A program made the position numbers and the translations under genes. The notes under the pieces were generated by a model, which was given only the letters and a program-made list of their open reading frames with translations, did not search any database and had not been told where the DNA came from. From Desulfatiglandales bacterium (lineage in GTDB: Bacteria; Desulfobacterota; DSM-4660; Desulfatiglandales; Desulfatiglandaceae), in the NCBI GenBank assembly GCA_963662465.1, contig OY759599.1, positions 5,888,001 to 5,952,000 on the forward strand: a stretch of DNA of 64,000 nucleotides, written 5' to 3'. Below, piece after piece: positions 1 to 8,725 of the stretch (its first letter is position 1; each line of letters begins with the position of its first letter).

Positions 1-1394
1 CTTGCTACCTTAACAAGAGCGTCATTCCAATCCTTCTCCAATGTAGATGCTACCAAACGATTATCAGGGTCCACTGCATTGTATTGACGTTTTGCCCGTA
101 AAGCTTCATAACGCGCTTGTTCCAACTCCAGTTCCCGTTGCCGTTTCACTGAATCCGATTCATGGTTGATTTTCTTTATCGCCTCTAAAGAAGCTTCTAA
201 TCCTATCGGTGATAATACTTTCAAAAGAAAATCCGTAACAGCCCGGTCAACACGGAATCCACCAAATGATATACACGCCTTTCCTGTCTCGTTACCTCGT
301 TTGCGGCTACACTCATAACGTTTATGAGTTCCATTACGGCCTTGGTATCGTACAATTAACTTTCTACCGCAATGACCGCATCTTAACAAACCTCCAAGCA
401 ATGCCTTTCCTCCGCGAACAGCTCCTCTCACCACCGGCCTTTTCTTATTTGTATTTTGAGTTAGTATCTCCATGTTATACTGGTACTCTTCCCATGTGAT
501 GTAACCTTCATGGTGATCCAATATTAAAACGTCCCAATCCTTTTGTTCCTTACGAATACCCTTCCTCAGTCGCTTGCGCCCATTTTCAAAAGTTACCTCT
601 GTTTTAGTCCGGCCATAGACGTAGGCGCCGGCGTAAATTGGGTTGTTCACTATATGCGACAAGGTATGAGCAGACGGTAGTTTCCACTCTATCCTACGTT
701 CCCCTTTACCGCTGGAAACAACAGCAATCTCAATCTGTTCATCTAAAAACCAATGATACACCCGACGAAGAGTACCATATTCCTTGAATTTCGTGAATAC
801 CAAATCAATGACTTCTTGAATTCGTTTGTCAGGATTCTTTTTCAGCTTATTATCCCTAGTCTTTATATAGGCTGCCGGTACAGTAAGATATAATTCTCCC
901 CGCTTCGCTTTTTGTTGTATTGCCGCCTGAGAACGCTCCTTTAATAGGCTCAATTCCATTGCACTCATTTCTCCCTTTAAGCCCAGGAGCAAACGATCAT
1001 TTGACACGTTTAGGTCATAAACAGCTCCTTGATCTACAAGAACCGTTTTTTTAAGTGCACAGATCTCAAGCAACGTATGCCACTCTCGACCGTTGCGGGC
1101 CAACCTCGATGATTCAATCGAGAAAATACCCCCTATTCTTCCTTCACACACAGATGAAAGAAGATTCTGGAATCCTTTTCTGTCAACGCATCCCGATGCA
1201 GTTATTCCCAAATCACTATCTATCATCCATATGTTTTTCTCGTTCCATCCTAATTCTTTTGCCCTTTCTACCAAGCCATATTGTAAAAGTTGGCTTTCAC
1301 GATGCTGTAGAACTTGGCCCGGTGTTGACTGACGGATATATATACATGCTTCCCGACTAATATGTTCAGCATTGATTTTATTGCTCATGCTCAT
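1..1394 (-). CDS. Large serine recombinase (resolvase, recombinase, zinc ribbon and coiled-coil domains); 3' end runs off the window
   Basis: Absent from the ORF track because there is no stop in the window. Manual translation from ATG 1394 gives MSMSNKINAEHISREACIYIRQST (catalytic YxRxS), then SRLARN, NNPIYAGAY and LLRCGHCGRKL in the same frame. Confidence 0.92.
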   Translation of the reverse strand, partial: MSMSNKINAEHISREACIYIRQSTPGQVLQHRESQLLQYGLVERAKELGWNEKNIWMIDSDLGITASGCVDRKGFQNLLSSVCEGRIGGIFSIESSRLARNGREWHTLLEICALKKTVLVDQGAVYDLNVSNDRLLLGLKGEMSAMELSLLKERSQAAIQQKAKRGELYLTVPAAYIKTRDNKLKKNPDKRIQEVIDLVFTKFKEYGTLRRVYHWFLDEQIEIAVVSSGKGERRIEWKLPSAHTLSHIVNNPIYAGAYVYGRTKTEVTFENGRKRLRKGIRKEQKDWDVLILDHHEGYITWEEYQYNMEILTQNTNKKRPVVRGAVRGGKALLGGLLRCGHCGRKLIVRYQGRNGTHKRYECSRKRGNETGKACISFGGFRVDRAVTDFLLKVLSPIGLEASLEAIKKINHESDSVKRQRELELEQARYEALRAKRQYNAVDPDNRLVASTLEKDWNDALVKVA

Positions 1395-1411
1395 TTCCAC
1401 CTTTCTTTTCT

Positions 1412-1968
1412 CGAAATGTCAACCGAAAATTGACCTCTTGCGACAACCGAATTTTGCCCCCACATGAGTAATTGTAACCTGCGACGCGGTCATAGAAGGC
1501 TCCGGTGGCTCCTGCCGAAATATCCATTAAAAGAGCGACCATAACCGCACCTTAGTCAGCTTCCGACCAGATAATCATCTGGTAAGTCGAGAAAACCCTT
1601 TTTCGTCGCTAATTCGAGTTCAATCAAATACCCTATCTCGCCTTTCATTTTGATCTGTGAAACCATCCACTTCGGTAACCGAATCGTGACGGGGATACGC
1701 CTCAGATGTTCAGGACTCCTTTTTCGACCAGCGCCTTTTCGACTCCCACCTCTCATTTTCATCGCTCCTTTTCACCTTCAAATTCGTCCAATATTTTTGA
1801 ATACCGCGTACGTTTTTCAATTAAACACCTATTTCTATCGGAAAATAAGCTATTTATGATTTATAGTTACGATTTTTCTGAGTCGGATTAAGCTGCTTGC
1901 TTCAACAACTCCAGTCTCTTGACTGCTTCCAATATCAGACCGCGATTTTACGTTAGTGAAACTACTTC
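1412..1968. mobile_element. 557-bp insertion flanked by 8-bp direct repeat TCTTTTCT; IS21-like end repeats at its left side
   Basis: TCTTTTCT at 1404-1411 and 1969-1976. Tandem motifs CAACCGAAAATTGACC and CAACCGAATTTTGCCC at ~1420-1460. Removing the insert restores an ATGA stop/start overlap with the recombinase. Confidence 0.7.
1556..1762 (-). CDS. Small putative DNA-binding protein (RGGxRxGAGR motif plus RHH-like segment); paralog of 4261..4470
   Basis: Manual alignment gives 43/62 identical residues with the ORF downstream of istB. AAGGAG RBS upstream. Confidence 0.75.
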   Translation of the reverse strand: MKMRGGSRKGAGRKRSPEHLRRIPVTIRLPKWMVSQIKMKGEIGYLIELELATKKGFLDLPDDYLVGS

Positions 1969-2123
1969 TCTTTTCTATTTCTGTTACCCTCAGAATTTTG
2001 CCAGAAACCTGACAGAAGCTCTGCAAGGAAATCAATCAATCTATTTCGTGTTTCTATTGGAATTTCGATCGGTGATGGTAAATAATCCCAAAGCCGAAGT
2101 TGATGATATTTTTGTTTCGTCAT
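1962..2123 (-). CDS. Small hypothetical protein of the recombinase element; 3' end altered by the insertion
   Basis: AGGAGG RBS before ATG 2123. It would be translationally coupled to the recombinase if the insertion were absent. Confidence 0.6.
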   Translation of the reverse strand: MTKQKYHQLRLWDYLPSPIEIPIETRNRLIDFLAELLSGFWQNSEGNRNRKEK

Positions 2124-2425
2124 CTTTCCTCCTTGTTTTCGAATTGACTTCATCAGGAGGAAACGGTATTTTTCTATTCACTATTAAGCAATATAAATTC
2201 TTAAGCGCCCTGATTTCGATAGCGGGTTTTGAGCCGAGGGATATCTTTTCATACTTTGGATTGGTCATCCACGCAGGTATCAATTCATGGCGACCATCAG
2301 GTTTCTTTGTTACAAAACAAGTTTCTCCACGATGGTTTCTGGTACCTACCACATAAATTTCTTCACCGGTTCTTGGGTGAAATGGGTAATATACCCAAGT
2401 TATAAACTGGTTTTGATGGGCATTA
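2041..2425 (-). CDS. Y4bD/Y4pK-like (DUF5372-like) accessory protein of the recombinase element, apparently lacking its own 5' end
   Basis: The frame is open upstream of the track start: ...YNAHQNQFITWVYYPFHPRTGEEIYVVG...IPAWMT. These motifs resemble small ORFs I recall preceding such recombinases. Confidence 0.55.
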
Positions 2426-2428
2426 TAT

Positions 2429-2477
2429 AGTGGTTCTGAGGGGGCTCGGGGATGGCAACATCCCCCGGCTACCCGGC
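2429..2477 (+). ncRNA. 3' end of a group II intron (3' half of domain V plus domain VI)
   Basis: GGTTCTGAGGGGGCTCGGGGATG-GCAA-CATCCCCCGGCTACCCGGC: DV 3' strand, DVI hairpin with a GNRA loop, and a bulged branch A in CTACCC. Confidence 0.8.
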
Positions 2478-2701
2478 CGTCGCAATATGAAGGAAGGTGG
2501 TAAAGCGAAATGTGAAAATTAGTGGATTACGAACCAAAGAGGCACGTTTAGCCTTGTTTCAACTACAAGGTCGAACGACAGTCTCATCAGCGCGGGCAAT
2601 GGTCCTACCCAATGTTTTGTGTTTATTTGGAGTTGTGTGAGTGTCCATAAATTTGGATGAAGCTATTTTGGTTCACTTAACCAAGAAAAAGGAGATAATC
2701 G

Positions 2702-2782
2702 ATGCCTGAATTGATCTACGAATCTGTTGTTTCAATCGCCAAAGCAATTCGCAATAAGAAAATCTCGTCTTTTGAGGTAGTA
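2702..2782 (+). pseudogene. N-terminal fragment of the amidase, cut by ISAzo13
   Basis: AGGAG RBS; MPELIYESVVSIAKAIRNKKISSFEVV is a typical amidase-signature family N-terminus. The sequence then switches to the IS end. Confidence 0.8.
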
Positions 2783-4150
2783 AGGGAATTCCCAAGAAAT
2801 AAACTACCCAACTCCAGATTCAATAAGTACATCCCATTTGGGCAGTGTGTCGGAACGTTTAATTCTGTTTTCGTAAGGTTTCATTTCTTTTTTTGTAAGC
2901 CGGATTCCCTTCTTATATGCCTTTTCCACCAACGTGACAATGGGCTTTATCCCTTTCCATGTCATCGTAGATGCCCAATTGACTGCTTTTGATATTGAAT
3001 CCAATATTTCTCCGTTCCAATGTCCCTCCAATATTCCCCAACATCTTTCAACCGGATTGTACTTACTATGATAGGGAGGATAATAAACCAGGCGGATTCG
3101 CAAACCTGTTTTGTCACTGAATTCGGTCATTCTGCGAATGAATTGAGTCCGACCGCTTGCTGAATTCGGACCATTGTCAAGATTGATAACCAACTCGTTT
3201 ATATGAAGATAGGTAATTCTGTTTTTTTCCCACCACATCTCTAAACAGTCAACGATGAAATCACTTGTTTCAAAAGATGTGCCGAAAAAAATAGAAAGCA
3301 TTCCGCTCAAAACGTCAAGAATACCGTACGGAACCAATTTCATTTCGGGATTCATATCATGGTCTTCAGCTTTCTTCGCTTCCCGATCCCGTGACTTTCC
3401 GTTTCTTGAGAACTCGCCTATATTCACTTTTGCCTTGGCATCAATAGAAATCCGATGAGAGTTGGGATTCTCATCAGAGTCACGGTTTGCCTTCCATACA
3501 TTTTCAAATATTTCATCGACCTGTTTTATCTTTTTCGCAGGTTTGGATTTCAGGACTCGTTTCAGGTTGTATCCCATGCGGTTCAACATGTTGATCAGAG
3601 TGTTGTTAGAGGGAAGATCCTCACCGTCGTATCCTTTCTCATCAATCAGTGCCTTTTTGAGAGCTTTTCCTGTAATTCTTGTATATGTGATAGAGCTTTT
3701 CATGGCAGGGTCCGCCTGAGTTTGAGGTTCTGCAAGGGATATTATGTCTGCTTTAATACCGGGAATCGTGTCTTCTGTTTTCTTTTTTCCCCGTCCCTCA
3801 AAATTATCCATGCATCTGATCCCGCTTTCGGCTTCTTTAAGGCCTTTTGTTACACACTCTCTCCCCCATCCCATCTCCCGTTCAGCTTTGTATGCACTCC
3901 CGTTGAAATATTTCCTGGTAATGTCGGCCTGATATGCTCTTCTTTTGTAACCAGTCAGTCGTCTGCATGCATCTTTTATCAGATTTTTTGTTTCTCCGTC
4001 TTGGGCGCTAACCAAAATGGAACCAGTTTTGCTACTCCAAACGGAACCAGATATTGCGCACTGGTCTTTTCCTTTTAGAAGGGTTTTCTTGTAAATTTGT
4101 TAGAGGTTGCATGAAAGAGTATATCAGATGGTATTTTAAAAATGCTGGTG
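2781..4150 (-). mobile_element. ISAzo13-family insertion sequence; upstream terminal repeat appears truncated
   Basis: End TAAGGGAATTCCCAAGAAATAAACTACC at 2781 abuts the transposase stop. No matching full inverted copy found near 4150. Confidence 0.7.
2804..4015 (-). CDS. ISAzo13 family DDE transposase
   Basis: Motifs ISIDAKAKVNIGEFSRNG, INLDNGP, YYPPYHSKYNPVERCWG. Confidence 0.93.
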   Translation of the reverse strand: MVSAQDGETKNLIKDACRRLTGYKRRAYQADITRKYFNGSAYKAEREMGWGRECVTKGLKEAESGIRCMDNFEGRGKKKTEDTIPGIKADIISLAEPQTQADPAMKSSITYTRITGKALKKALIDEKGYDGEDLPSNNTLINMLNRMGYNLKRVLKSKPAKKIKQVDEIFENVWKANRDSDENPNSHRISIDAKAKVNIGEFSRNGKSRDREAKKAEDHDMNPEMKLVPYGILDVLSGMLSIFFGTSFETSDFIVDCLEMWWEKNRITYLHINELVINLDNGPNSASGRTQFIRRMTEFSDKTGLRIRLVYYPPYHSKYNPVERCWGILEGHWNGEILDSISKAVNWASTMTWKGIKPIVTLVEKAYKKGIRLTKKEMKPYENRIKRSDTLPKWDVLIESGVG

Positions 4151-4260
4151 AGACACGTAGCGTTCTGGTTGAAGAATCAGTGATGAGGATACCATCAATA
4201 TGGTGATGGCAGAGAAGAGGGGATTAGATTTTTCGGTTAAGGGCAATGCTTATTGAGGAA

Positions 4261-4470
4261 CTATTTGTCTATGTCATAGTCGTCCGGTAAATTCAGGAGG
4301 CCTCCCTTCGCCAATTGATCCTCAATCAAATATCCAATTTCCCCGTTTTTTTTCAGCTGTAGAATCATCCATTTGGGGAGACGAATGGTGAGCAGTTCAC
4401 GTCTCAAATGTTCCGGTTTCTTTCTTCGGCCGGCGCCTACCCGTTTTCCACCTCTCATTTCAAGCTCCAA
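4261..4470 (-). CDS. Small putative DNA-binding protein (RGGxRxGAGR motif plus RHH-like segment)
   Basis: Paralog of 1556..1762; co-oriented just downstream of istB. Confidence 0.75.
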   Translation of the reverse strand: MELEMRGGKRVGAGRRKKPEHLRRELLTIRLPKWMILQLKKNGEIGYLIEDQLAKGGLLNLPDDYDIDK

Positions 4471-4556
4471 GACAAGGTAATTTCTGATATTCGTGTAACG
4501 AGATTCAAACAGACCGGTGATATTCAGACCTCAAAACCGGCCCTTTGGCGAACATC

Positions 4557-5276
4557 TCATTTTCTGAGGGAAGGACCATCAATATGAATGTTGATGCAGC
4601 GATGGTTGAGACGATCCAGCAAGGCATCGACCATGTCCTTTGGTTCAAGCAGCGAATACCATTGTTCAGGTTGAAGATTGGTCGTAATAATTGTGGACCG
4701 ACCGGCTTCATAGCGATCTTTCATGAGTTTAAAAAAGGCGTTCATCTGCTCTTTTTTGAGGGTCAGGTATCCCAGTTCATCGAGCAGAAGCAGGTCATAT
4801 CTGCAAAGGGCATTGAGGAGTTTCGGGGTGGACCGATCTGCCAAAGACGCATAGAGCTGATCCAGCAAATCCTGAACATTATAAAAACGCCCCCGGTACC
4901 CGGCAATAATGGCTTGACGAAGGATCCCCACGGCCAATCCCGTTTTGCCGACGCCGGTTTTTCCATGGAACACGATGTTTTCTCTTCGGCTGATAAAGTC
5001 AAGGCCGGACAACGTCATGATCCGGCTCTTCTGTATTCCCGGCTGAAGATCAAACGGAAAGGAGTTGAGGGTCCATTCCCATGGAAGCTTTGCAATCTGG
5101 ACCCGATAGATCATGCTGCGCTCCTGCCGGAAACGTAATTCCTCAGCCAGGAGATTGTAGATGACCTCGTGAATGGAAAAACCGTTCTTTTCAGCCGAAG
5201 CCAACTGTTCTTCGAGAGCCTTCAGCATGCCTTTAAACTTCAAATCAATGAGTAACTGTTCAATTTTCTTTTTCAT
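4557..5276 (-). CDS. istB: IS21 helper AAA+ ATPase IstB
   Basis: Walker A GKTGVGKT, Walker B LLLLDELG, STIITTN, ALLDRL, GPSLR. ATGA overlap with istA. Confidence 0.95.
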   Translation of the reverse strand: MKKKIEQLLIDLKFKGMLKALEEQLASAEKNGFSIHEVIYNLLAEELRFRQERSMIYRVQIAKLPWEWTLNSFPFDLQPGIQKSRIMTLSGLDFISRRENIVFHGKTGVGKTGLAVGILRQAIIAGYRGRFYNVQDLLDQLYASLADRSTPKLLNALCRYDLLLLDELGYLTLKKEQMNAFFKLMKDRYEAGRSTIITTNLQPEQWYSLLEPKDMVDALLDRLNHRCINIHIDGPSLRK

Positions 5277-6655
5277 AGATCAAAAAAGTCTCCCGCGATA
5301 TAATCGAGAATAATGTTTTCCAGACGCGACAAATCAAAAAGTCCATATTTAAGCGCCTGTGTTATGGCTTTCAAAAAAGGTTCCCCGGGATAAGTGCGTT
5401 TCAGATGAAGCAACCGACGTAACTTGACCACACCGCGACCGTGACTTCTTTTCTTCAGTTCAGCCACATACTCATCCAGGATGGCATCCTCTCCCGTCAA
5501 CAGCTGTTCTTCTTTTGAAGGGATTCGGGGATCTTTTTTTCTTCGAATGGGAACATGGTGACCGGGCAGGGTTGTTCGGGTGTTGCGTTTATCCAGTATG
5601 CGGTCATGTTCCGCCACTTTTGTGTTTTTGTCGTAAACGATGACCTTGAGCCAATGTTTCTGTACTTCCAGGGAGTTCCCAATCAGCGCTTCAGGGACTG
5701 AATAGCGGTTGGTGTCCAAGTGCACATATCCCTGAACATCGGCTACCCTGTGTTCTGCCACATAGACTGGCGGCTGGTATGCCGGTAAATCAATGAGATA
5801 TGGCTTTTCAATGACATAGGCCTCATCCGGCGTCATCCCTAAAGCCCGTTTAAACTTTTTATCGCTTGTATTCCGGCACCAGTCGATTGCCTGCCGGTTC
5901 AAATCCTGCCAGCTAACAAATGTTCTACCGGGAAGAAAATTGTTTTCCACAAAATGAAAAGGCCTTTCCACACGAGCACTTCGATTGGCGTCTCCTACAG
6001 CATGGGCCTCAAACCGGGTTCCATACATATCGCCGAAGTATTTCATTTCAGGCGCAATCAATGCATCAGGCCCGGTGCCGCCGGCCACAATAACATTGGT
6101 GTTGTCAACCATGCACCGGGAACACACCCCGTCCATAAACTCGAATGCTTTTTTTAGGAAAACCTTGCACTCAAACCGGGTAAAACAGGGGTAATACTGA
6201 ATAAAAATCCTTCGGCAAAAGGCCAGGGTCAGGGACGCGCACTGGGTCGACATTTTTTTCCCATTAATGACAACCAGATGGGGTGACGTATCATGCTGCA
6301 TCTCCTGACCGGGTTTAAAATGGTATTGGCCCGCCCGTCTTTTTTTACGTTCCCGGATCTCGTACTTTCTCATAATCCAGGTCAGACTCTGATAAGGGAT
6401 TTTGATCTGTTGGCGGCTTTCCAGTTCCTCGGCTACTCGCACGGCATTTCCTTTACATTCCTTGAAAAGCTCGCGGATCAACGGGACATGTTCTTCATAC
6501 CGGGAGTTCCTTTGGGGTACCGCCTCTTCGTCATGATCATCTAAAACCTTCGTGACGGTATTGCGACCGGCCTTCAGGGTTTTGGCGATGTCGCGCAAAC
6601 TCATGCCGGTTTTTTTCAATTCCACAATGGCATCTTTTTTGGATTGTCGGATCAT
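5273..6655 (-). CDS. istA: IS21 family transposase IstA
   Basis: N-terminal HTH; DDE motifs PGQEMQHD, VDNT, RVERPF; NRYSVP. Confidence 0.95.
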   Translation of the reverse strand: MIRQSKKDAIVELKKTGMSLRDIAKTLKAGRNTVTKVLDDHDEEAVPQRNSRYEEHVPLIRELFKECKGNAVRVAEELESRQQIKIPYQSLTWIMRKYEIRERKKRRAGQYHFKPGQEMQHDTSPHLVVINGKKMSTQCASLTLAFCRRIFIQYYPCFTRFECKVFLKKAFEFMDGVCSRCMVDNTNVIVAGGTGPDALIAPEMKYFGDMYGTRFEAHAVGDANRSARVERPFHFVENNFLPGRTFVSWQDLNRQAIDWCRNTSDKKFKRALGMTPDEAYVIEKPYLIDLPAYQPPVYVAEHRVADVQGYVHLDTNRYSVPEALIGNSLEVQKHWLKVIVYDKNTKVAEHDRILDKRNTRTTLPGHHVPIRRKKDPRIPSKEEQLLTGEDAILDEYVAELKKRSHGRGVVKLRRLLHLKRTYPGEPFLKAITQALKYGLFDLSRLENIILDYIAGDFFDL

Positions 6656-7536
6656 AATTGGGTCGCTTTCTTGAGTTCCAGTGCTTGTTTTTCTATCTTT
6701 TTCACCCAGGTTTTGAGCGTTTGTTTCTTCAACTGATCGCTTTTTGGGTAATGGACATGCGAAACGGTTTTCACCAGACGTTTGAGAACCGCATATACCA
6801 TTTCAATATCCTTGAACCATTTGCCTTCCGGTCCATCATGAACTTCTTTGGCTTGTTTAGACTGGGTTCTTTGTTCGAGAACTTTTATGAAAAGGGATGG
6901 ATTTTCCAGCATGTGGTCTCGAACAGACCGGTTGCTTTTCTGGTAATGTGCGTAGAAACGGGCCAGTTCCCTTGTGGATAGAGGTTCTTTTTCCAGGTGG
7001 GCCAACAGTTTTTGTGCGTCTTCACCGTTGGCGCGCGCCAACGGCGCCATGACATGGCTGGCAGCCCAGGTTGAAAGTGAGCCTGCAATCACGGTTCTCA
7101 AAATATTTTCCGGCAGGGCTTCAACCAGGTCCAGCCGCCGTTTTACAAAACTCTTGTCGCGCCCTATTCGGGTTGCAATATGGGAGAGGCTGCACCCAAA
7201 ACGCCGATGTAATTCCTGAAGTAAAACAGACTGCTCAATGACTTCCCATTGCCGTTCATTGGCCTTGGTTAAAAGCGAAAACATGGCATTTTGTTCGTTT
7301 TCTTTTGAGAATTGGACACATATCCGGTCCTTTCCACAAGCACAAAGCGCTCGAACACGCAGGTAGCCATCAATCAGAATCAGTTTGTCTTTTTCTTCAA
7401 TAGCCAGGGCCGGAACGATCTGCCCGTAAGTTTCGATGGAATCCCTCAATCGCTTTAAAGCCTGGTGATTCATTATCCGGCAATGAGCGTAACGCAACTC
7501 CAGCAAATGAATATCAACGGTTCGGATGGATTCCAT
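6652..7536 (-). CDS. ParB/RepB/Spo0J-like protein (ParB N-terminal domain plus HTH)
   Basis: LRDSIETYGQIVP...LIDGYLRVRA, then HTH SLSHIATRIGRDKSFVKRRL. Stop overlaps the istA start. Confidence 0.9.
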   Translation of the reverse strand: MESIRTVDIHLLELRYAHCRIMNHQALKRLRDSIETYGQIVPALAIEEKDKLILIDGYLRVRALCACGKDRICVQFSKENEQNAMFSLLTKANERQWEVIEQSVLLQELHRRFGCSLSHIATRIGRDKSFVKRRLDLVEALPENILRTVIAGSLSTWAASHVMAPLARANGEDAQKLLAHLEKEPLSTRELARFYAHYQKSNRSVRDHMLENPSLFIKVLEQRTQSKQAKEVHDGPEGKWFKDIEMVYAVLKRLVKTVSHVHYPKSDQLKKQTLKTWVKKIEKQALELKKATQL

Positions 7537-7933
7537 ACCCAGTCTCCCGAAAGATTTCCTCTATGGTTTCTCCAAGACTGACCCAATTTCCTTGCCGGAT
7601 CTCCTTTACCTGTTTCACAATCACAGGACGTCTGGGAAGCGAAAGAACCTGAAACAGACGGCCATCAAACCCAATCAGATCCTTGTCCAACAAGCCATCG
7701 CGGGCATCGATATATTGATCCAAATGCACCTTTAAAATCCGGCAGATTCTGTCGTAACCATAATAAGAGAGCCCGTTTTTGTCAGATACCAACACCAGAA
7801 AAATGTAGAGCAGCAGCTCATGATGATTCAGGCTCTCCCAAAAGCCGTTTCTCAAAAAACGATGCTCCAGAAAGCCGAAGCTTCCATTGATGACACGCAC
7901 TCTTTCGGGAAAAAGGACTCTTTTTTTGATCAT
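7514..7933 (-). CDS. Winged-helix-like hypothetical protein of the IS21 element
   Basis: ELLLYIFL..SDKNGLSYYGYDRIC..L.......ARDGLLDKDLI resembles a replication-initiator-type wHTH. AGGAG RBS; identical in both copies. Confidence 0.7.
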   Translation of the reverse strand: MIKKRVLFPERVRVINGSFGFLEHRFLRNGFWESLNHHELLLYIFLVLVSDKNGLSYYGYDRICRILKVHLDQYIDARDGLLDKDLIGFDGRLFQVLSLPRRPVIVKQVKEIRQGNWVSLGETIEEIFRETGYGIHPNR

Positions 7934-7945
7934 TTTTTTCTCCTG

Positions 7946-8389
7946 TCATGGATATGGGGTTTTCTCAAAGCCTGTTACATCTGAAAAAACCCTCCCTGCA
8001 TAAGCACGGCGAGGAAAATGGTCCACAACAACCCCGATCGACCCGCAAAAAAGACAGCTGGGTCGGTTCCCCGACCGCTTTTTGGGTTCAATATCACAGT
8101 CTTTTTGAGGTGTTGAACTATCATCACCAGGGTTCAGTCCATTTTTTTTGGATTTTTTTGTTTTTTCGTACAAACGACGGCGCTCTTTCCCTTTTTTCGA
8201 ATTGCGGTATTTCCCCTGAGCTTTCCGGTGCAGCTGTCTTTGGCGTATCCTGCGACATCGTTCCCCACAATAGGCCTGGCCACGCCAACACGACCGACAG
8301 ACGTGAAAAAAGCAACCACAACATCGGCATTGAACCACTCTTAAAAGGACATCTCCCATCATTCCGGCCTTGCAATTGGCCGGAAACAC
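7946..8389 (-). CDS. Cys-rich, basic putative Zn-binding protein of the IS21 element (true start may be the internal MMG)
   Basis: CRCCG...CRSC...YCGERC, a basic region, then CLFCG. Present in both copies. Confidence 0.7.
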   Translation of the reverse strand: MFPANCKAGMMGDVLLRVVQCRCCGCFFHVCRSCWRGQAYCGERCRRIRQRQLHRKAQGKYRNSKKGKERRRLYEKTKKSKKNGLNPGDDSSTPQKDCDIEPKKRSGNRPSCLFCGSIGVVVDHFPRRAYAGRVFSDVTGFEKTPYP

Positions 8390-8438
8390 ACTTATATAAA
8401 ATTGGCGTGTGTGTGGCTTCCGGCTCTATCCGGTGGTC

Positions 8439-8474
8439 AAAAAAGAAGGCCCGAAGCGGCTACTTCGGGCCTTC
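8439..8474 (-). terminator. Intrinsic terminator in the IS21 leader (copy 1)
   Basis: 12-bp stem GAAGGCCCGAAG/CTTCGGGCCTTC followed by T6 on the coding strand. Confidence 0.75.
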
Positions 8475-8725
8475 ACCATCCATTCTACAAAGTAAATCGC
8501 ATTTCCACTTAACCAAGCCTCTGTCTTGGAAGAAGAAAACCAAATCCAAAGAAAATAGATTTTATAAAAATTTATTGAAAAGTAAATCTACATCAACGAC
8601 TCCTTTGCCGCCACTTATGGATCCCTCATCGTCCGCTATACCTGAGGGCCGTACTCACCGGCGGTGACAGCCAATGGTTCAATTTCCATTAGCAAACTTG
8701 GTTCAGTTTTGATTAGCGTTGAAGC

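Noticed and set aside
266..1360. Short plus-strand ORFs at the window start
   Set aside because: Antisense to the serine recombinase, which the ORF track missed because it has no stop in the window.
2570..2640. Possible degenerate attC (GTCGAAC...CAGCGCGGGC...GTTGTGT) upstream of the amidase
   Set aside because: No complementary L' arm found. The near match of GTTGTGT to R'' GCACAAC of attC 1 is suggestive but may be chance.
7605..7630. parS-like TGTTTCAC within the IS21 element
   Set aside because: Only a half-site, inside a coding region; not a palindromic parS.
7948..8667. 239-aa ORF antisense to the IS21 leader and Cys-rich gene (also 61848..62567)
   Set aside because: No recognisable motifs, opposite to the operon; conservation is explained by the copies being near-identical.
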